A DNA stretch of 64,000 nt, taken from NCBI GenBank assembly GCA_041687695.1, contig JAWLBL010000001.1, positions 195,361 to 259,360 on the forward strand, in the 5' to 3' direction. This stretch comes from Myxococcota bacterium (GTDB taxonomy: Bacteria; Myxococcota_A; UBA9042; PHBI01; JAWLBL01). Below are positions 28,701 to 38,540 of the stretch, in pieces (position 1 is the stretch's first letter; each line of letters opens with the position of its first letter). The notes below the pieces were generated by a model. That model saw only the letters and a list, made by a program, of their open reading frames with translations, had not been told where the DNA came from and did not search any database. A program made the position numbers and the translations under genes.

Positions 28701-30482
28701 TCAGCGCGACGGCGGGGCGTCGTCCTCGGGGCGCTCGAGGCCGACGACGTGGTAGGTGGTGGCGTCGGTCTGGTAGGCGTGGACGCGCAGCGGGTTGCCT
28801 CGCTCCTTGCCGCTCTGGCCGGCGAAGACGTCGATGACGTGGTAGGCGGGACGCTGCTCGCTGGCGCCGGCGACCTGCGGCAGCAGCAGGCAGACCTCCT
28901 CGCCCAGGCGCCGCGCCACCGGCAGCCGGCCCTGCGGGGCCAGGCCGCGGCCGGCCCACGCGTGGGCCTGGTAGACGCGCTGGGTCGGGTCGACGACGCG
29001 GCCGAAGACGGCGAGATCGCGCAGGCACAGCATCGGCGCGCCCTCGGGGGACGGGCCCAGCGTGGGGCGCGCCAGCGGCGAGACGACCGACAGCCAGCGC
29101 CGCAGCAGCTTGTCGCGCCGGCCGATGAGGATGCGCTTCAGCTCGTCGGGCAGCACGCCCTCGGGCAGGCGCGCCTGCGCGACCAGGGCCTCGACGTGGG
29201 CGTCGGTGAACTCGGCCAGGATGCGCGCCGCCCAGGCGCCGTCGCGCTCGCTGATGCGCGAGAAGGCCGGGTTCGGGTACTCGTTCTTCCAGTCCTCGGG
29301 GTCGAAGGTCTCGACGTCGAAGTAGCCCCAGATCTCGCCGGACGGGCCGAACTCGGCCTGGTCCCAGGGCCGCACCGCGAAGCCCAGGGTCACGACGTCG
29401 GTCAGGATGTCCAGCGGGTCGAAGATGTAGCTGTGCCCGTGGCGCCGCGACAGGCGGTCCCAGGCCCACAGGCTGCCGAAGCTGTCGCCGAAGTCGACGA
29501 AGTTGTGCCGCACGTGCCCGGCGACGGCCGCGTCTTCGGGGGCGTCCTCTGGCAGCGGCTCCTCGATGAACATCGACAGCGTGTTCTGCTCGCGCGAGTC
29601 GAAGTGGTTGACCCAGGCGGCGAACAGGTAGGCGCCGCGCAGCTCGCGGCGGTTCTCGTGGGGGACCACGTCGTTGGGGTCGTCCTTGCGGACGCCCTGG
29701 TAGGTCCACGGCCCCAGGGGCTTGCCCGGCAGAAAGAGGCTGGCCATCGCGCGGTAGCGGCCGTCGGGCATGCGGGTCGCCTTGGACAGCACCTCCTCCA
29801 GGTCCTTGGCGTCGAAGGGGACCTTGCGGCCGGTCGGCAGCTCCTTGTCGGCGTCCTCGGCGATGCGCAGGATGCCCCGGTCGAAGTAGACGACGTTGTT
29901 GCAGGGCGCCCAGTAGCCGGCGGCGTGATAGATGCGCGAGACCACCGCGTCGCCCGAGGTCGCGCGGAACTCCTGCACGTTGCCGTCGAATTTCACGAGA
30001 TAGCGCCGCCCGTCGGCCATCTTCGCCTGAAAGCCCGGGTTCTCGCCGTCGGGCTTGCCGCCGACGATGGTCCAGGGGCCCTCGGTCTCGGGCGGCGGGC
30101 CCTCGCAGGGCCCCTCGGCGACCTCCTCGGGGCTCATCGGCGCGCGGCTCATGCGGTTGACGAACCAGCTGGAGTCGGGGACCTCGTCCCAGGCGTTCAC
30201 GTTGACCGACTCCGCGCCGTAGTCGACCGACAGCAGGCGCGTGGTCGGCCGGGCCAGGCTCTGGTCCAGGAAGTCCCACACGAAGGGCGAGTAGTACTCC
30301 TCGGGCGGCGGCGTGAACGGGGTCTGGTCGGGGTCCTGCCACATCGGCTCCTTCAGCGGAAAGGGCCGCAGCTCGGAGCCGCCGCAGCCGGCGGACGAGG
30401 CGAGGACGAGCAGGGCGAACAGGCCCCGAGCGAGGGCGCGGCCGGCCCGCGGGGCGAGGTGGTGCGCGCGATCAGAACGCAA
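28701..30482 (-). CDS. Lipoprotein with atypical kinase-like (HipA/PI3K/CotH-like) motifs
   Basis: Lipobox LASSAGC. Motifs GGKPDGENPGF, YLVKFD, WVNHFDSREQN and FVDFG. The TTG start overlaps the upstream gene end. Confidence 0.7.
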   Translation of the reverse strand: MRSDRAHHLAPRAGRALARGLFALLVLASSAGCGGSELRPFPLKEPMWQDPDQTPFTPPPEEYYSPFVWDFLDQSLARPTTRLLSVDYGAESVNVNAWDEVPDSSWFVNRMSRAPMSPEEVAEGPCEGPPPETEGPWTIVGGKPDGENPGFQAKMADGRRYLVKFDGNVQEFRATSGDAVVSRIYHAAGYWAPCNNVVYFDRGILRIAEDADKELPTGRKVPFDAKDLEEVLSKATRMPDGRYRAMASLFLPGKPLGPWTYQGVRKDDPNDVVPHENRRELRGAYLFAAWVNHFDSREQNTLSMFIEEPLPEDAPEDAAVAGHVRHNFVDFGDSFGSLWAWDRLSRRHGHSYIFDPLDILTDVVTLGFAVRPWDQAEFGPSGEIWGYFDVETFDPEDWKNEYPNPAFSRISERDGAWAARILAEFTDAHVEALVAQARLPEGVLPDELKRILIGRRDKLLRRWLSVVSPLARPTLGPSPEGAPMLCLRDLAVFGRVVDPTQRVYQAHAWAGRGLAPQGRLPVARRLGEEVCLLLPQVAGASEQRPAYHVIDVFAGQSGKERGNPLRVHAYQTDATTYHVVGLERPEDDAPPSR

Positions 30483-31839
30483 AGCTGCTCCCCAGGGTCA
30501 GGCGGAAGTTCTCGATGGCGCCGCCGTCCTCGAAGGGCTCGGTGCCCCAGGCGAACAGGACGGCGAAGCTGGGCGACTGCATGTCGGGCGTCTCGAAGCC
30601 GAAGCCGAAGGAGGCGCGCAGCAGCCCCAGTTCGAAGTCCTCGAGGTGGGCGCCGAAGACGTTGCCGACGGCGCCGTGCAGCGAGGCGTCGAGCCAGGTC
30701 CAGATGGGCCACTGGTACTTGAGCATGGCGACCGCCGCGCTGCGGCCGACCAGGCGGCGGCTGGGGAAGCCGAACAGGCGCTCGTTGCCGCCCAGGGTGA
30801 TGAGCTCGGTGAAGGGCACGGGCGTGTCCCCCAGCGGATCGGCGAAGTCGGCCGACAGGGCGAGGCTCAGGACCCGCTCGCGGTAGACGTCGAGCATCCC
30901 TACGACGGCGGCGCCGTAGCGGGCCCAGGGCTCGACCGGGGCGGCCGACAGGTCGAAGGACACGCTGCCGTAGGCCTCGGCGCGCACGCCGCTGCCGGCC
31001 GCGGGCCGGGCCTGCCGCGAGTCGAGGACCACCGAGAACCTGGGCGACAGGGCCGTGTAGCCTTCGTCGAAGCCGTAGGGGATGGGGAAGGCGCCCGTCT
31101 CCGACTGCGCGCGCAACGACGGCTCCTCGCAGCAGGTCGTGCTCTGGAAGGACAGGCGCGCCAGCTCGACCGAGCCGCGGACGAAGCTGCGGCCGGCCAG
31201 GACCTCGCGGACGCCCAGCTCGCCCGACAGGCGGTGCTCGCCGAAGCGCGACAGGTCCTCTTCGCGGCTGCGCGGGCCGAGGCCGGCGAAGATGCGGTCG
31301 GGGCGGTACCACCAGCGGGCGGTCGCGTCGAAGCTGGTGCCGTTGCCGGGCCAGTAGGTGTCGGTGAGGGCGAGGTCGTAGGAGTCGATGAAGCCGGCCA
31401 GGGTCGCGCGGGCGGTCAGGTTGTTGCCCGGGACCAGGAAGTCGTCGGCCCAGACGTAGGCGCCGTAGCGGCTCAGCGGCGAGCCGCCGCCGAAGTCGAG
31501 GGCGACGATGGGCACGAAGCCGGTCCGGAAGTCGTCGTCGGCGCCGGAGGTGAAGGCCTCGAGCAGCTTGGGGACGAAGCGCTTCTCCTCGACGGTGGTG
31601 AAGGCCCAGGCGGTGGGGCGCCGCAGGCCGTACTCGGCGACGGCCCACAGGGGGAAGAGCGCGGCGCGTGGGACCCATAGGGCCACGTCCGAGGTGGAGG
31701 TGGGCGCGGGGCCGCGGCCGTCGTAGTCGGGCACGGCGCGCTTGGGTGGGGCGGCGCTGCCGGTGCTGGCGCAGCCCGCGGCGGCCAGCGCGACGAGGAG
31801 CGACAGGGCGAGGTGGAGGGCGAGGGGCTTGATACGCAC
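30472..31839 (-). CDS. Omp85/BamA-TamA-family outer-membrane barrel lipoprotein lacking POTRA domains
   Basis: Lipobox AAAGC. LGGNERLFGFPSRRL resembles the (V/L)RG(Y/F) lid loop. Alternating beta strands and terminal Phe. Confidence 0.75.
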   Translation of the reverse strand: MRIKPLALHLALSLLVALAAAGCASTGSAAPPKRAVPDYDGRGPAPTSTSDVALWVPRAALFPLWAVAEYGLRRPTAWAFTTVEEKRFVPKLLEAFTSGADDDFRTGFVPIVALDFGGGSPLSRYGAYVWADDFLVPGNNLTARATLAGFIDSYDLALTDTYWPGNGTSFDATARWWYRPDRIFAGLGPRSREEDLSRFGEHRLSGELGVREVLAGRSFVRGSVELARLSFQSTTCCEEPSLRAQSETGAFPIPYGFDEGYTALSPRFSVVLDSRQARPAAGSGVRAEAYGSVSFDLSAAPVEPWARYGAAVVGMLDVYRERVLSLALSADFADPLGDTPVPFTELITLGGNERLFGFPSRRLVGRSAAVAMLKYQWPIWTWLDASLHGAVGNVFGAHLEDFELGLLRASFGFGFETPDMQSPSFAVLFAWGTEPFEDGGAIENFRLTLGSSFAF

Positions 31840-31849
31840 TATGGCAGCG

Positions 31850-33316
31850 TCAGGCTTCCGGTAGGGACGGCTCGAGGCGACCCGGCACCGGCGGCCGGGG
31901 CGACGTCCGCTCGGGGCGGGCGGGGGGGCGGTCGCCGGAGGCGGGCTCGGTGAGCGCGGCGCGGCGCCGGTACTCGCGGCCGATGGCCCAGACGACGCCC
32001 AGCCAGACCAGCGTGAGGGCGAAGTTGAAGGCGATGAAGCCGCGGGTCGTGAAGGCCAGGAGCGAGCCGAGGGCGACCACGCCGGCGCTCAGGACGTCAC
32101 CGATGCGGACGAAGAAGGTGTCGATGACGACCTTGGCCTTGTACTTCTTGTCGCGGGTGGTCACGAGGAACAGCGCGTGGCGCACGGTATTGTACAGTGA
32201 GTAGTCCGTGCCGTTCTCGAGGACCTTGGCGACCATGATGACGGTCAGCGCCGGCGCGGCGAAGAGGACCGCGTAATTGCCGAGCACGATGAGGGGCAGC
32301 AGGAACAAGGCGATGCGCACGCCCAGGTACTTGAGGATGCGCGAGACGAGGAAGAGCTGGATGACGAGGACGGTGAGGTTGACCCAGCCGAAGAACTCGG
32401 CCTTGAACTCACCGATGTAGCCCTCGACCGTGACGCCGGCGCCCAGGGCGGCCTCGCGCTCGGCGACGTCGACCAGGACGCGGTCCAGGATGTACTCGCC
32501 GGTGGTGTTGACCCAGTTGAGGATGAGGAGGAGGGCGGCGACGAGGGCCAGGTAGCGGTCGCGCCAGACCAGGGCGAAGCCGCCGGCGGACCGGGCGGGC
32601 GCGGCGGCGGCGCTGGGGCCGGGCGCGGCGGAGGGTGGCGCGTCCTCGGCGGGCGCCTCGGGGCGCGGGGTGCGGTCGACGGCGGGGCTGCGGCGGTGCA
32701 CGAGCCAGGTCAGGCCGAGGCAGGCGACCAGGACGCCGGCCGACAGGGGCATGAGCAGGAAGGGGCCGAGCGGCTCGATGAGCAGGCGGGCGATCCAGGC
32801 GCCCGCGACCGCGCCCAGGGCGCTGCCGGCGCCGACGATGGCGAACAGCCGCTTGCCCTGCTCCTCGGTGTAGACGTCGTTGGCGAAGGACCAGAACTGC
32901 GCGACGACGAAGACGTTGAAGATGCCGACCCACAGGAAGAAGGCGATGCCCAGTGGCACTTCGAAGGCGGCCAGCGCGTAGAACACGAGCAGATTCGAGG
33001 CGAAGAACAGGGTCGTCCAGGTGATGAGGCGCATGCGGTCGACGCGCGCGAACAGCCGGTCGTAGGCCTTGACGAAGAAGATGAGCAGCAGGGCCTGTCC
33101 GGCCGCGGAGTAGCTCTTGATCTCGGCGCCGCCGCCGCCGGCGAGGATGAGCGGCTCGCGCACGACCTTGAGGACGTAGTAGGCGGCGAGGAGGAGGAAG
33201 ACGTTGGCCGCGAGGACGAGCGCGGAGAAGACCTCGTGCGGCCTGACGTCGGCGAAGAGCCCTAGGAGCTTGGCGACGCGCTCGCGCGCGGCTCCACGGG
33301 GCGCCAATGGGGTCAT
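31850..33316 (-). CDS. Npt1/Npt2 (NTT/TLC) nucleotide translocase
   Basis: GGGAGG SD. Motifs AYYVLKVVREPL, FFLWVGIFN...QFWSFAND.Y..EQGKRLF, ENGTDYSL and KYKAKVVIDTFFVR.GD. Confidence 0.9.
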   Translation of the reverse strand: MTPLAPRGAARERVAKLLGLFADVRPHEVFSALVLAANVFLLLAAYYVLKVVREPLILAGGGGAEIKSYSAAGQALLLIFFVKAYDRLFARVDRMRLITWTTLFFASNLLVFYALAAFEVPLGIAFFLWVGIFNVFVVAQFWSFANDVYTEEQGKRLFAIVGAGSALGAVAGAWIARLLIEPLGPFLLMPLSAGVLVACLGLTWLVHRRSPAVDRTPRPEAPAEDAPPSAAPGPSAAAAPARSAGGFALVWRDRYLALVAALLLILNWVNTTGEYILDRVLVDVAEREAALGAGVTVEGYIGEFKAEFFGWVNLTVLVIQLFLVSRILKYLGVRIALFLLPLIVLGNYAVLFAAPALTVIMVAKVLENGTDYSLYNTVRHALFLVTTRDKKYKAKVVIDTFFVRIGDVLSAGVVALGSLLAFTTRGFIAFNFALTLVWLGVVWAIGREYRRRAALTEPASGDRPPARPERTSPRPPVPGRLEPSLPEA

Positions 33317-33558
33317 ACGACCTCCCGCGACGGTGCTTCGTCGTGGCGGTGGCTCGCCGGGGCGCCCGCGGCCTCGCGGCTGAGCCGGGGCGCGGACGAG
33401 GCGACCGCCGTATACGGGGTGCTGGGGGGTCCACCGAGGAGCATGCACGCTCCCCCGTGGCGGGTCACGGTTCGAGGCGACAACGGGTCATGGAGATGTC
33501 ACACGGCGGCGCGTCGAGGCGATGGCCATGGACGTAGGCCGGCGGTAAGCTGCTCCGT

Positions 33559-34584
33559 ATGGTCGACGCGCATCGGGCCTTCGAACGGCTGCTGCAGCTG
33601 ACGCGGACGCTCACCGAGGAGCTGCCGCTCGAGGCGGCGCTGCAGGAGGTGACCGACGCGGCGCTGGCGCTGGTGCCGGGCGACCACGCGTCGCTGCGGC
33701 TGCTGGACGACTCGCGGTCGCTGCTGGTGTCGGGTGCCCGGTCGGGCGAGGGGATGGACCAGCGCCCGATGGCCTTCCGGCCGGGTGAGGGGCTCATCGG
33801 CTGGGTGGTCGAGCGCGGGCAGTCGGCGCGCGTGGGCGACGCGGCGGGCGACCCGCGGTTCGTGCGCGACGGCGAGCAGGGGTTCTCGATCGCCTCGCTG
33901 CTGGCCGTGCCGATGTGGTCGGGGGGGCGCGTCATCGGGGTGCTGTCGGTCAGCTCGGCCCGAGGCGAGGCGTTCGCGCCCGAGCACGAGCTGACGGCGC
34001 AGGTGCTGGCGAACTGCGCGGTGCCGCCCATCGAGCGGGCGCGCCTTCTGCGGCTGTCGCAGACCGACCACCACACGATGGCCTTCAACCAGGGCTATCT
34101 GATGCCGCGCCTGAGCGAGGAGATGGCCCTCGCGCGGCAGTGGACGCGGCCGCTGGCCTACCTGCTGATGGATCTCGACCACTTCAAGCAGGTCAACGAC
34201 ACGTGGGGGCACGCGGTGGGCGATCGCGTGCTGCGCGAGTTCGCCGACCGGATGCGGGCGCTGGTGCGGCGCCAGGACGTGTTCGTGCGGCGTGGCGGTG
34301 AGGAGTTCTCGCTCATCATGCCGGGCACCGGGCTGCGCGAGGCGGCGGCGGTGGCCGAGCGCATCCGGGCGACGCTGGCGGCGCACCCGGTGGCGCTGCC
34401 GGACGGGTCGACGCGGGTGCAGACCGCGTGCATCGGCGTGGCCGTGTGGGACGGGGCCGAGTCGCCGGACGCGCTGGACCAGCGCGCCGACGCGGCGATG
34501 TACCGGGCCAAGGGGGGCGGGCGCAACCGCGTGGAGGTCGACGGGCGGGCGCGGGCCGGGGGCAAGGCGCCGGGCCAGGTCTGA
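33559..34584 (+). CDS. GAF-GGDEF diguanylate cyclase
   Basis: GEGLIGWV...DPRF...SLLAVP GAF domain, then DLDHFKQVNDTWGH and RRGGEEF. Confidence 0.92.
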   Translation: MVDAHRAFERLLQLTRTLTEELPLEAALQEVTDAALALVPGDHASLRLLDDSRSLLVSGARSGEGMDQRPMAFRPGEGLIGWVVERGQSARVGDAAGDPRFVRDGEQGFSIASLLAVPMWSGGRVIGVLSVSSARGEAFAPEHELTAQVLANCAVPPIERARLLRLSQTDHHTMAFNQGYLMPRLSEEMALARQWTRPLAYLLMDLDHFKQVNDTWGHAVGDRVLREFADRMRALVRRQDVFVRRGGEEFSLIMPGTGLREAAAVAERIRATLAAHPVALPDGSTRVQTACIGVAVWDGAESPDALDQRADAAMYRAKGGGRNRVEVDGRARAGGKAPGQV

Positions 34585-34589
34585 CGGCG

Positions 34590-35546
34590 TCAACGGGCGG
34601 GCTCGGGGTCACCGGGTCGCGACAACGGGCCGCGGCGGACGCGGACGGCGTGGCGTGACGGCTCGAGGCCGCCGCCGTGGCGGCGCGCCCAGACCTGGGT
34701 CAGCTCGGCGCCGAAGAAGAAGACCTGCGACGAGTAGTACAGCCAGAGCATGAGCACGAAGAAGGAGCCGGCGGCGCCGTAGACGGAGCCGACGGAGACG
34801 TGCGCGAGCCACAGGCCGATGAGGAGCTTGCCGAGGGCGAAGAGCACGGCGCTGACGAAGGCGCCGCGCCAGACGTCGCGCCAGGCGATGCGGACGTCGG
34901 GCAGGACCTTGAAGACCACCGCGAAGAGCACGGTGGCGAGGCCGATGGAGACCAGGAAGCTGGCGGCGCGGAAGAGGACCTCGGAGGCGGGCAGCGCCTG
35001 CCCGAAGCGCAGCTCGGCCGCGCGGAGGGCCGCCTCGCTGAGGATGAGCGCGACGAGCAGCAGGCCGATGAGGACGATGAGCACGAAGGAGACCAGGCGC
35101 TTGGCGACGATGCCCACGACGGCGCCGCGCAGGTGGCGCGCCGGGCGCGGGGTGACGTTCCAGATCTGGTTCAAGGCCGCCTGCAGCTGCACGAACAGGC
35201 GCGAGGCGGCGTAGAGGATGGCGGCGCCGCTGATCACGGTCGCGACGAGGCCCTCGCCGCGGTCGCTGACCCCCTCGAGCAGGGCGCTGACGACGGCGGC
35301 CGCCGCGGGGCCGAGCTCGGTCTCGAGGGCGAAGACGACCTGCGCGCGGGCGGTGTCCTCGCCGTAGACGAGGCCGGCGATGGCGACGGCGAGCAGCAGG
35401 ACCGGGGCGATCGACAGCAAGGCGTAGAACGCCAGGGCGGCGGCCATGAGGGCGCCGCGGTCCTGCGAGTAGCCGGTCAGGATCTCGCGGAACATCGAGC
35501 CGCGGCCGTCGGGCCGGGCGTCGTCGGGGCGAGCGTCGGAGTCCAT
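34590..35546 (-). CDS. YihY/virulence factor BrkB family membrane protein
   Basis: AAALAFYALLSIAP, LQAALNQIW and YGAAGSFFVLMLWLYYS motifs. Confidence 0.92.
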   Translation of the reverse strand: MDSDARPDDARPDGRGSMFREILTGYSQDRGALMAAALAFYALLSIAPVLLLAVAIAGLVYGEDTARAQVVFALETELGPAAAAVVSALLEGVSDRGEGLVATVISGAAILYAASRLFVQLQAALNQIWNVTPRPARHLRGAVVGIVAKRLVSFVLIVLIGLLLVALILSEAALRAAELRFGQALPASEVLFRAASFLVSIGLATVLFAVVFKVLPDVRIAWRDVWRGAFVSAVLFALGKLLIGLWLAHVSVGSVYGAAGSFFVLMLWLYYSSQVFFFGAELTQVWARRHGGGLEPSRHAVRVRRGPLSRPGDPEPAR

Positions 35547-35674
35547 GCACCACCTGGGGCACCGACGCAGGGGCCGACCGGGCCGGGGCGCCTGAGTCGA
35601 GAGGGCGCGGCGCGGGGCGCGTGCGTCGGATGGGATGGGGGCAGGATGACCCGAGGACGACGCGAGCGCGAGCT

Positions 35675-37447
35675 TCAGGGCGGCGAGAGCTCGGCGACGG
35701 CGGCCGTCAGCTCGTCGCGCAGGCACGCGTTGCAGTCGGCGCGGCCGTCGCGGCCGCAGCCGGAGCGGACGCCGTCGACGACGCGCAGGACGTCGAGGGC
35801 GCGGGGCTCGCGCAGGGCGCGCAGGGCGCGCAGCAGGACGAGGCGGTCCTCGCAGGTCGCCGCGGCGCGGAGCTCGACGGAGAGGCGGTTCCAGGGCTCG
35901 AGGTGCTCGAGGCGGCCGGTCTCGGCGAGCAGGGCGCGGGCGCGCTGGCGCACGACGGCGCGCGGGTCGAGGCGGGCCAGCTCGGCGAGGCGCTCGGCGG
36001 CGGTCGGGGCGAGGTGGGCGACGACGAGGGCGCGGGCGGCGTCGAAGATCTCGCCGCGGGGCGACTGCAGGTGGTGGAGGACGGCGCCGAGGAGGGCGCC
36101 GTCGGCGGCGTAGTCGGGCTCGAGGCGCAGGGCGTGGGCGTAGGCGTCGAGCTCGTCGCGCCAGGTGCCGGCGGCGGCGTGGGCGAGGCCCAGGTGGTAG
36201 TGGGCGTGCGGGTTGGAGGGGGTGGCGTCGCGGAGGGCGCCCAACATGAGGACGGCGGGCTGCGGGTGGCCGGCGGCGAGGCTGGCGAGGGCCGGCTGGA
36301 CGTCGGGGCGGGCGGCGAAGGCGTCGCGGGCGGCGAAGAGGCGGGCGCGGCGGGCGGCGAGGGCGCCGGAGTCGCGGTGGAGGGCGAAGCTGGGCGGCGG
36401 CGCGGCGACGTCGGAGGCGGCGGGTGGGGCGGCCGGCGGGGGGGCGTCGGTCGGGGCGAGCACGAGGCCGGCGGCGCCCAGGGCGCACACGGCGGCGGCG
36501 GCGGCGATGAATCGGAGGCGGTGGCGGGCGACGGCGGGCCGGGGGGAGGACGGCGGGGGGCCGGCCCAGGCGGCCAGGAGGGCCTCGCGGGCGGCCTCGG
36601 CCGAGGGGAAGCGATCGTCGCGGCGCTTGGCGAGCAGCCGGGCGACGAGGGGCTCGAAGGCCTCGGGCAGGGAGAGGTCCGGGGCGGCCTCGCGCAGGGT
36701 CGGCGGCGGGCGGGTCAGGTGCAGGCCCAGGAGATCGTAGGCGTCGGGGGCCTCGAAGGGCAGGCGACCCGTGAGCAGCTCGAAGGCCATGACGCCCAGC
36801 GAGTAGAGATCGGCGCGTGCGTCGACCTTGCCGCCGGTGGCCTGCTCGGGGGCCATGTATTCGGGGGTGCCGTAGATGACGCCGACGCGGGTCAGCCGGG
36901 GCGCGGCGGCCTCGGCGTCGACCATGGCGACGCCGAAGTCGAGGATCTTGACGTGATCGGCGAAGCCGTCGCGCTCCGTCAGCATCACGTTCTCGGGCTT
37001 GAGATCGCGGTGGACGACCCCGAGGGCGTGGGCGGCGGCGAGGCCGGCGAGGACCTGCTCGAGGATGGGCGCGGCGCGGTCGACCGGAAGGCGGCGCTCG
37101 CGGCGCAGGACGTGCTCGAGCGTCTCGCCCTCGAGCAGCTCCATGACCAGGAAGGAGGCGCCCGCGTCGGTGCGGCCGTAGTCGACGGCGGCGCAGACGT
37201 TGGGGTGATCGATGCGACCGGCGGCTTGCGCCTCGCGCTGCAGACGCGCCACCATCTCGTCGTGTGCCGCCGAAGCGATGGTCGCGTGCAGCAGCTTGAG
37301 CGCGAACTGCTTGTGCATGAGCAGGTGCTCGACGCGCACGACGGTGCCCATGGCGCCCGACCCCAGCGGCCCGAGCACCCGATAGCGGCCCGCCACGACC
37401 GTCCCGGCCGGCAGGGGCGTGTCAGCCGTGAGCTCCCCGTGCGACAA
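35675..37447 (-). CDS. Ser/Thr protein kinase with TM helix and C-terminal TPR/HEAT-like region
   Basis: LGSGAMG, FALK, HRDLKPEN, DFG and GTPEYMAPE motifs. TTG start with a GGAGG SD. Confidence 0.92.
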   Translation of the reverse strand: MSHGELTADTPLPAGTVVAGRYRVLGPLGSGAMGTVVRVEHLLMHKQFALKLLHATIASAAHDEMVARLQREAQAAGRIDHPNVCAAVDYGRTDAGASFLVMELLEGETLEHVLRRERRLPVDRAAPILEQVLAGLAAAHALGVVHRDLKPENVMLTERDGFADHVKILDFGVAMVDAEAAAPRLTRVGVIYGTPEYMAPEQATGGKVDARADLYSLGVMAFELLTGRLPFEAPDAYDLLGLHLTRPPPTLREAAPDLSLPEAFEPLVARLLAKRRDDRFPSAEAAREALLAAWAGPPPSSPRPAVARHRLRFIAAAAAVCALGAAGLVLAPTDAPPPAAPPAASDVAAPPPSFALHRDSGALAARRARLFAARDAFAARPDVQPALASLAAGHPQPAVLMLGALRDATPSNPHAHYHLGLAHAAAGTWRDELDAYAHALRLEPDYAADGALLGAVLHHLQSPRGEIFDAARALVVAHLAPTAAERLAELARLDPRAVVRQRARALLAETGRLEHLEPWNRLSVELRAAATCEDRLVLLRALRALREPRALDVLRVVDGVRSGCGRDGRADCNACLRDELTAAVAELSPP

Positions 37448-37679
37448 CCCGCGCCCCCTCCATGCGTGGCCCCGAACGCTTCGCCTCGTCGCGGCGGAGG
37501 GGCTCGGGGGGCGGCGACGCTAGCACCGCGCCGCACGGACGGTCAAAGCCTCGGACGCGAGCCGATGCAATCCACGAGCGCCCGTCGATTGGCCCCCCGC
37601 GCGTCGAAGGCGCGTCCCGGTCTTGTAACCGGTCTCCGGCGTCGCCAAACTCTGCCGGTTTCGATGGAGGTCTGCCAGC

Positions 37680-38468
37680 GTGTCCTCGAGCTCCCCGGCG
37701 CGTATCGATCGGCGCGAATACAAATACCTCATCGACGAGGACACCGCCGCGCGCGTCCGCGAGGCCATCGCCCCCTTCTGCGTGCTCGACGGCTTCGCCG
37801 AGGCGCGCGCCGACCGGCGCTACATCATCGACAGCCTGTACTTCGACACCCCCGACCTGCGCCTGTTCCGCGCCAACGAGCACGAGGTCGCCGATCGCTT
37901 CAAGGCCCGCGCCCGCACCTACCCCGAGAGCGCCACGGCCCCGGTCTTCTTCGAGATCAAGCGCCGCATCGGCGACGTCATCGCCAAGACGCGCGGCCGC
38001 GTGTCGCGCGACCACTGGGCCGAGGCGCTCGAGCGCGCGCGCGTGCCCCAGGACGACCGCTGCCCACCCCGCGACCGCCCCGCCGTCGAGCGCTTCTTCG
38101 CGCTCGCCTGGCGCTACCACCTGCGCCCGGTCGTGCTCGTCCGCTACGAGCGCGAGCCCTGGATGAGCGTCATCGACAGCTACGCCCGGGTGACCTTCGA
38201 CTATCACGTCCGCAGCCAGGCCATCGATCGCCTGACCTTCGACCACGCGCCGAACGCCTGGCGCGCCTCCGACCACCCCGAGGCGAGCCGGGCGGACCGC
38301 TCGCTCATCATCCTCGAGCTGAAGTTCACGACCCACGTCCCGATGTGGCTGGTCCACATCGTCGAGCGTTTCGACCTGTGGCGTCAGTCGTTCTCCAAGT
38401 ACGGCACCTCGGTCCAGGCGTGGCACCTCCCCGCGTCGCTGAGGACCTCGCCCAGGCTCGCCACGTAG
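37680..38468 (+). CDS. VTC-domain (polyphosphate polymerase, CYTH/TTM fold) protein
   Basis: RREYKY, SLYFDTPD, R.K.R.RTY, FFEIKRR, Y.RE, RVTFD, ILELKF and FSKY motifs. Confidence 0.92.
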   Translation: MSSSSPARIDRREYKYLIDEDTAARVREAIAPFCVLDGFAEARADRRYIIDSLYFDTPDLRLFRANEHEVADRFKARARTYPESATAPVFFEIKRRIGDVIAKTRGRVSRDHWAEALERARVPQDDRCPPRDRPAVERFFALAWRYHLRPVVLVRYEREPWMSVIDSYARVTFDYHVRSQAIDRLTFDHAPNAWRASDHPEASRADRSLIILELKFTTHVPMWLVHIVERFDLWRQSFSKYGTSVQAWHLPASLRTSPRLAT

Positions 38469-38540
38469 CCCAAGGCGCGTGCCCCCCTCCCGCTCCCCCA
38501 CCGCTGCCCCGGGCCCAGGTCGCCCGACGGAGCCTCCCCC

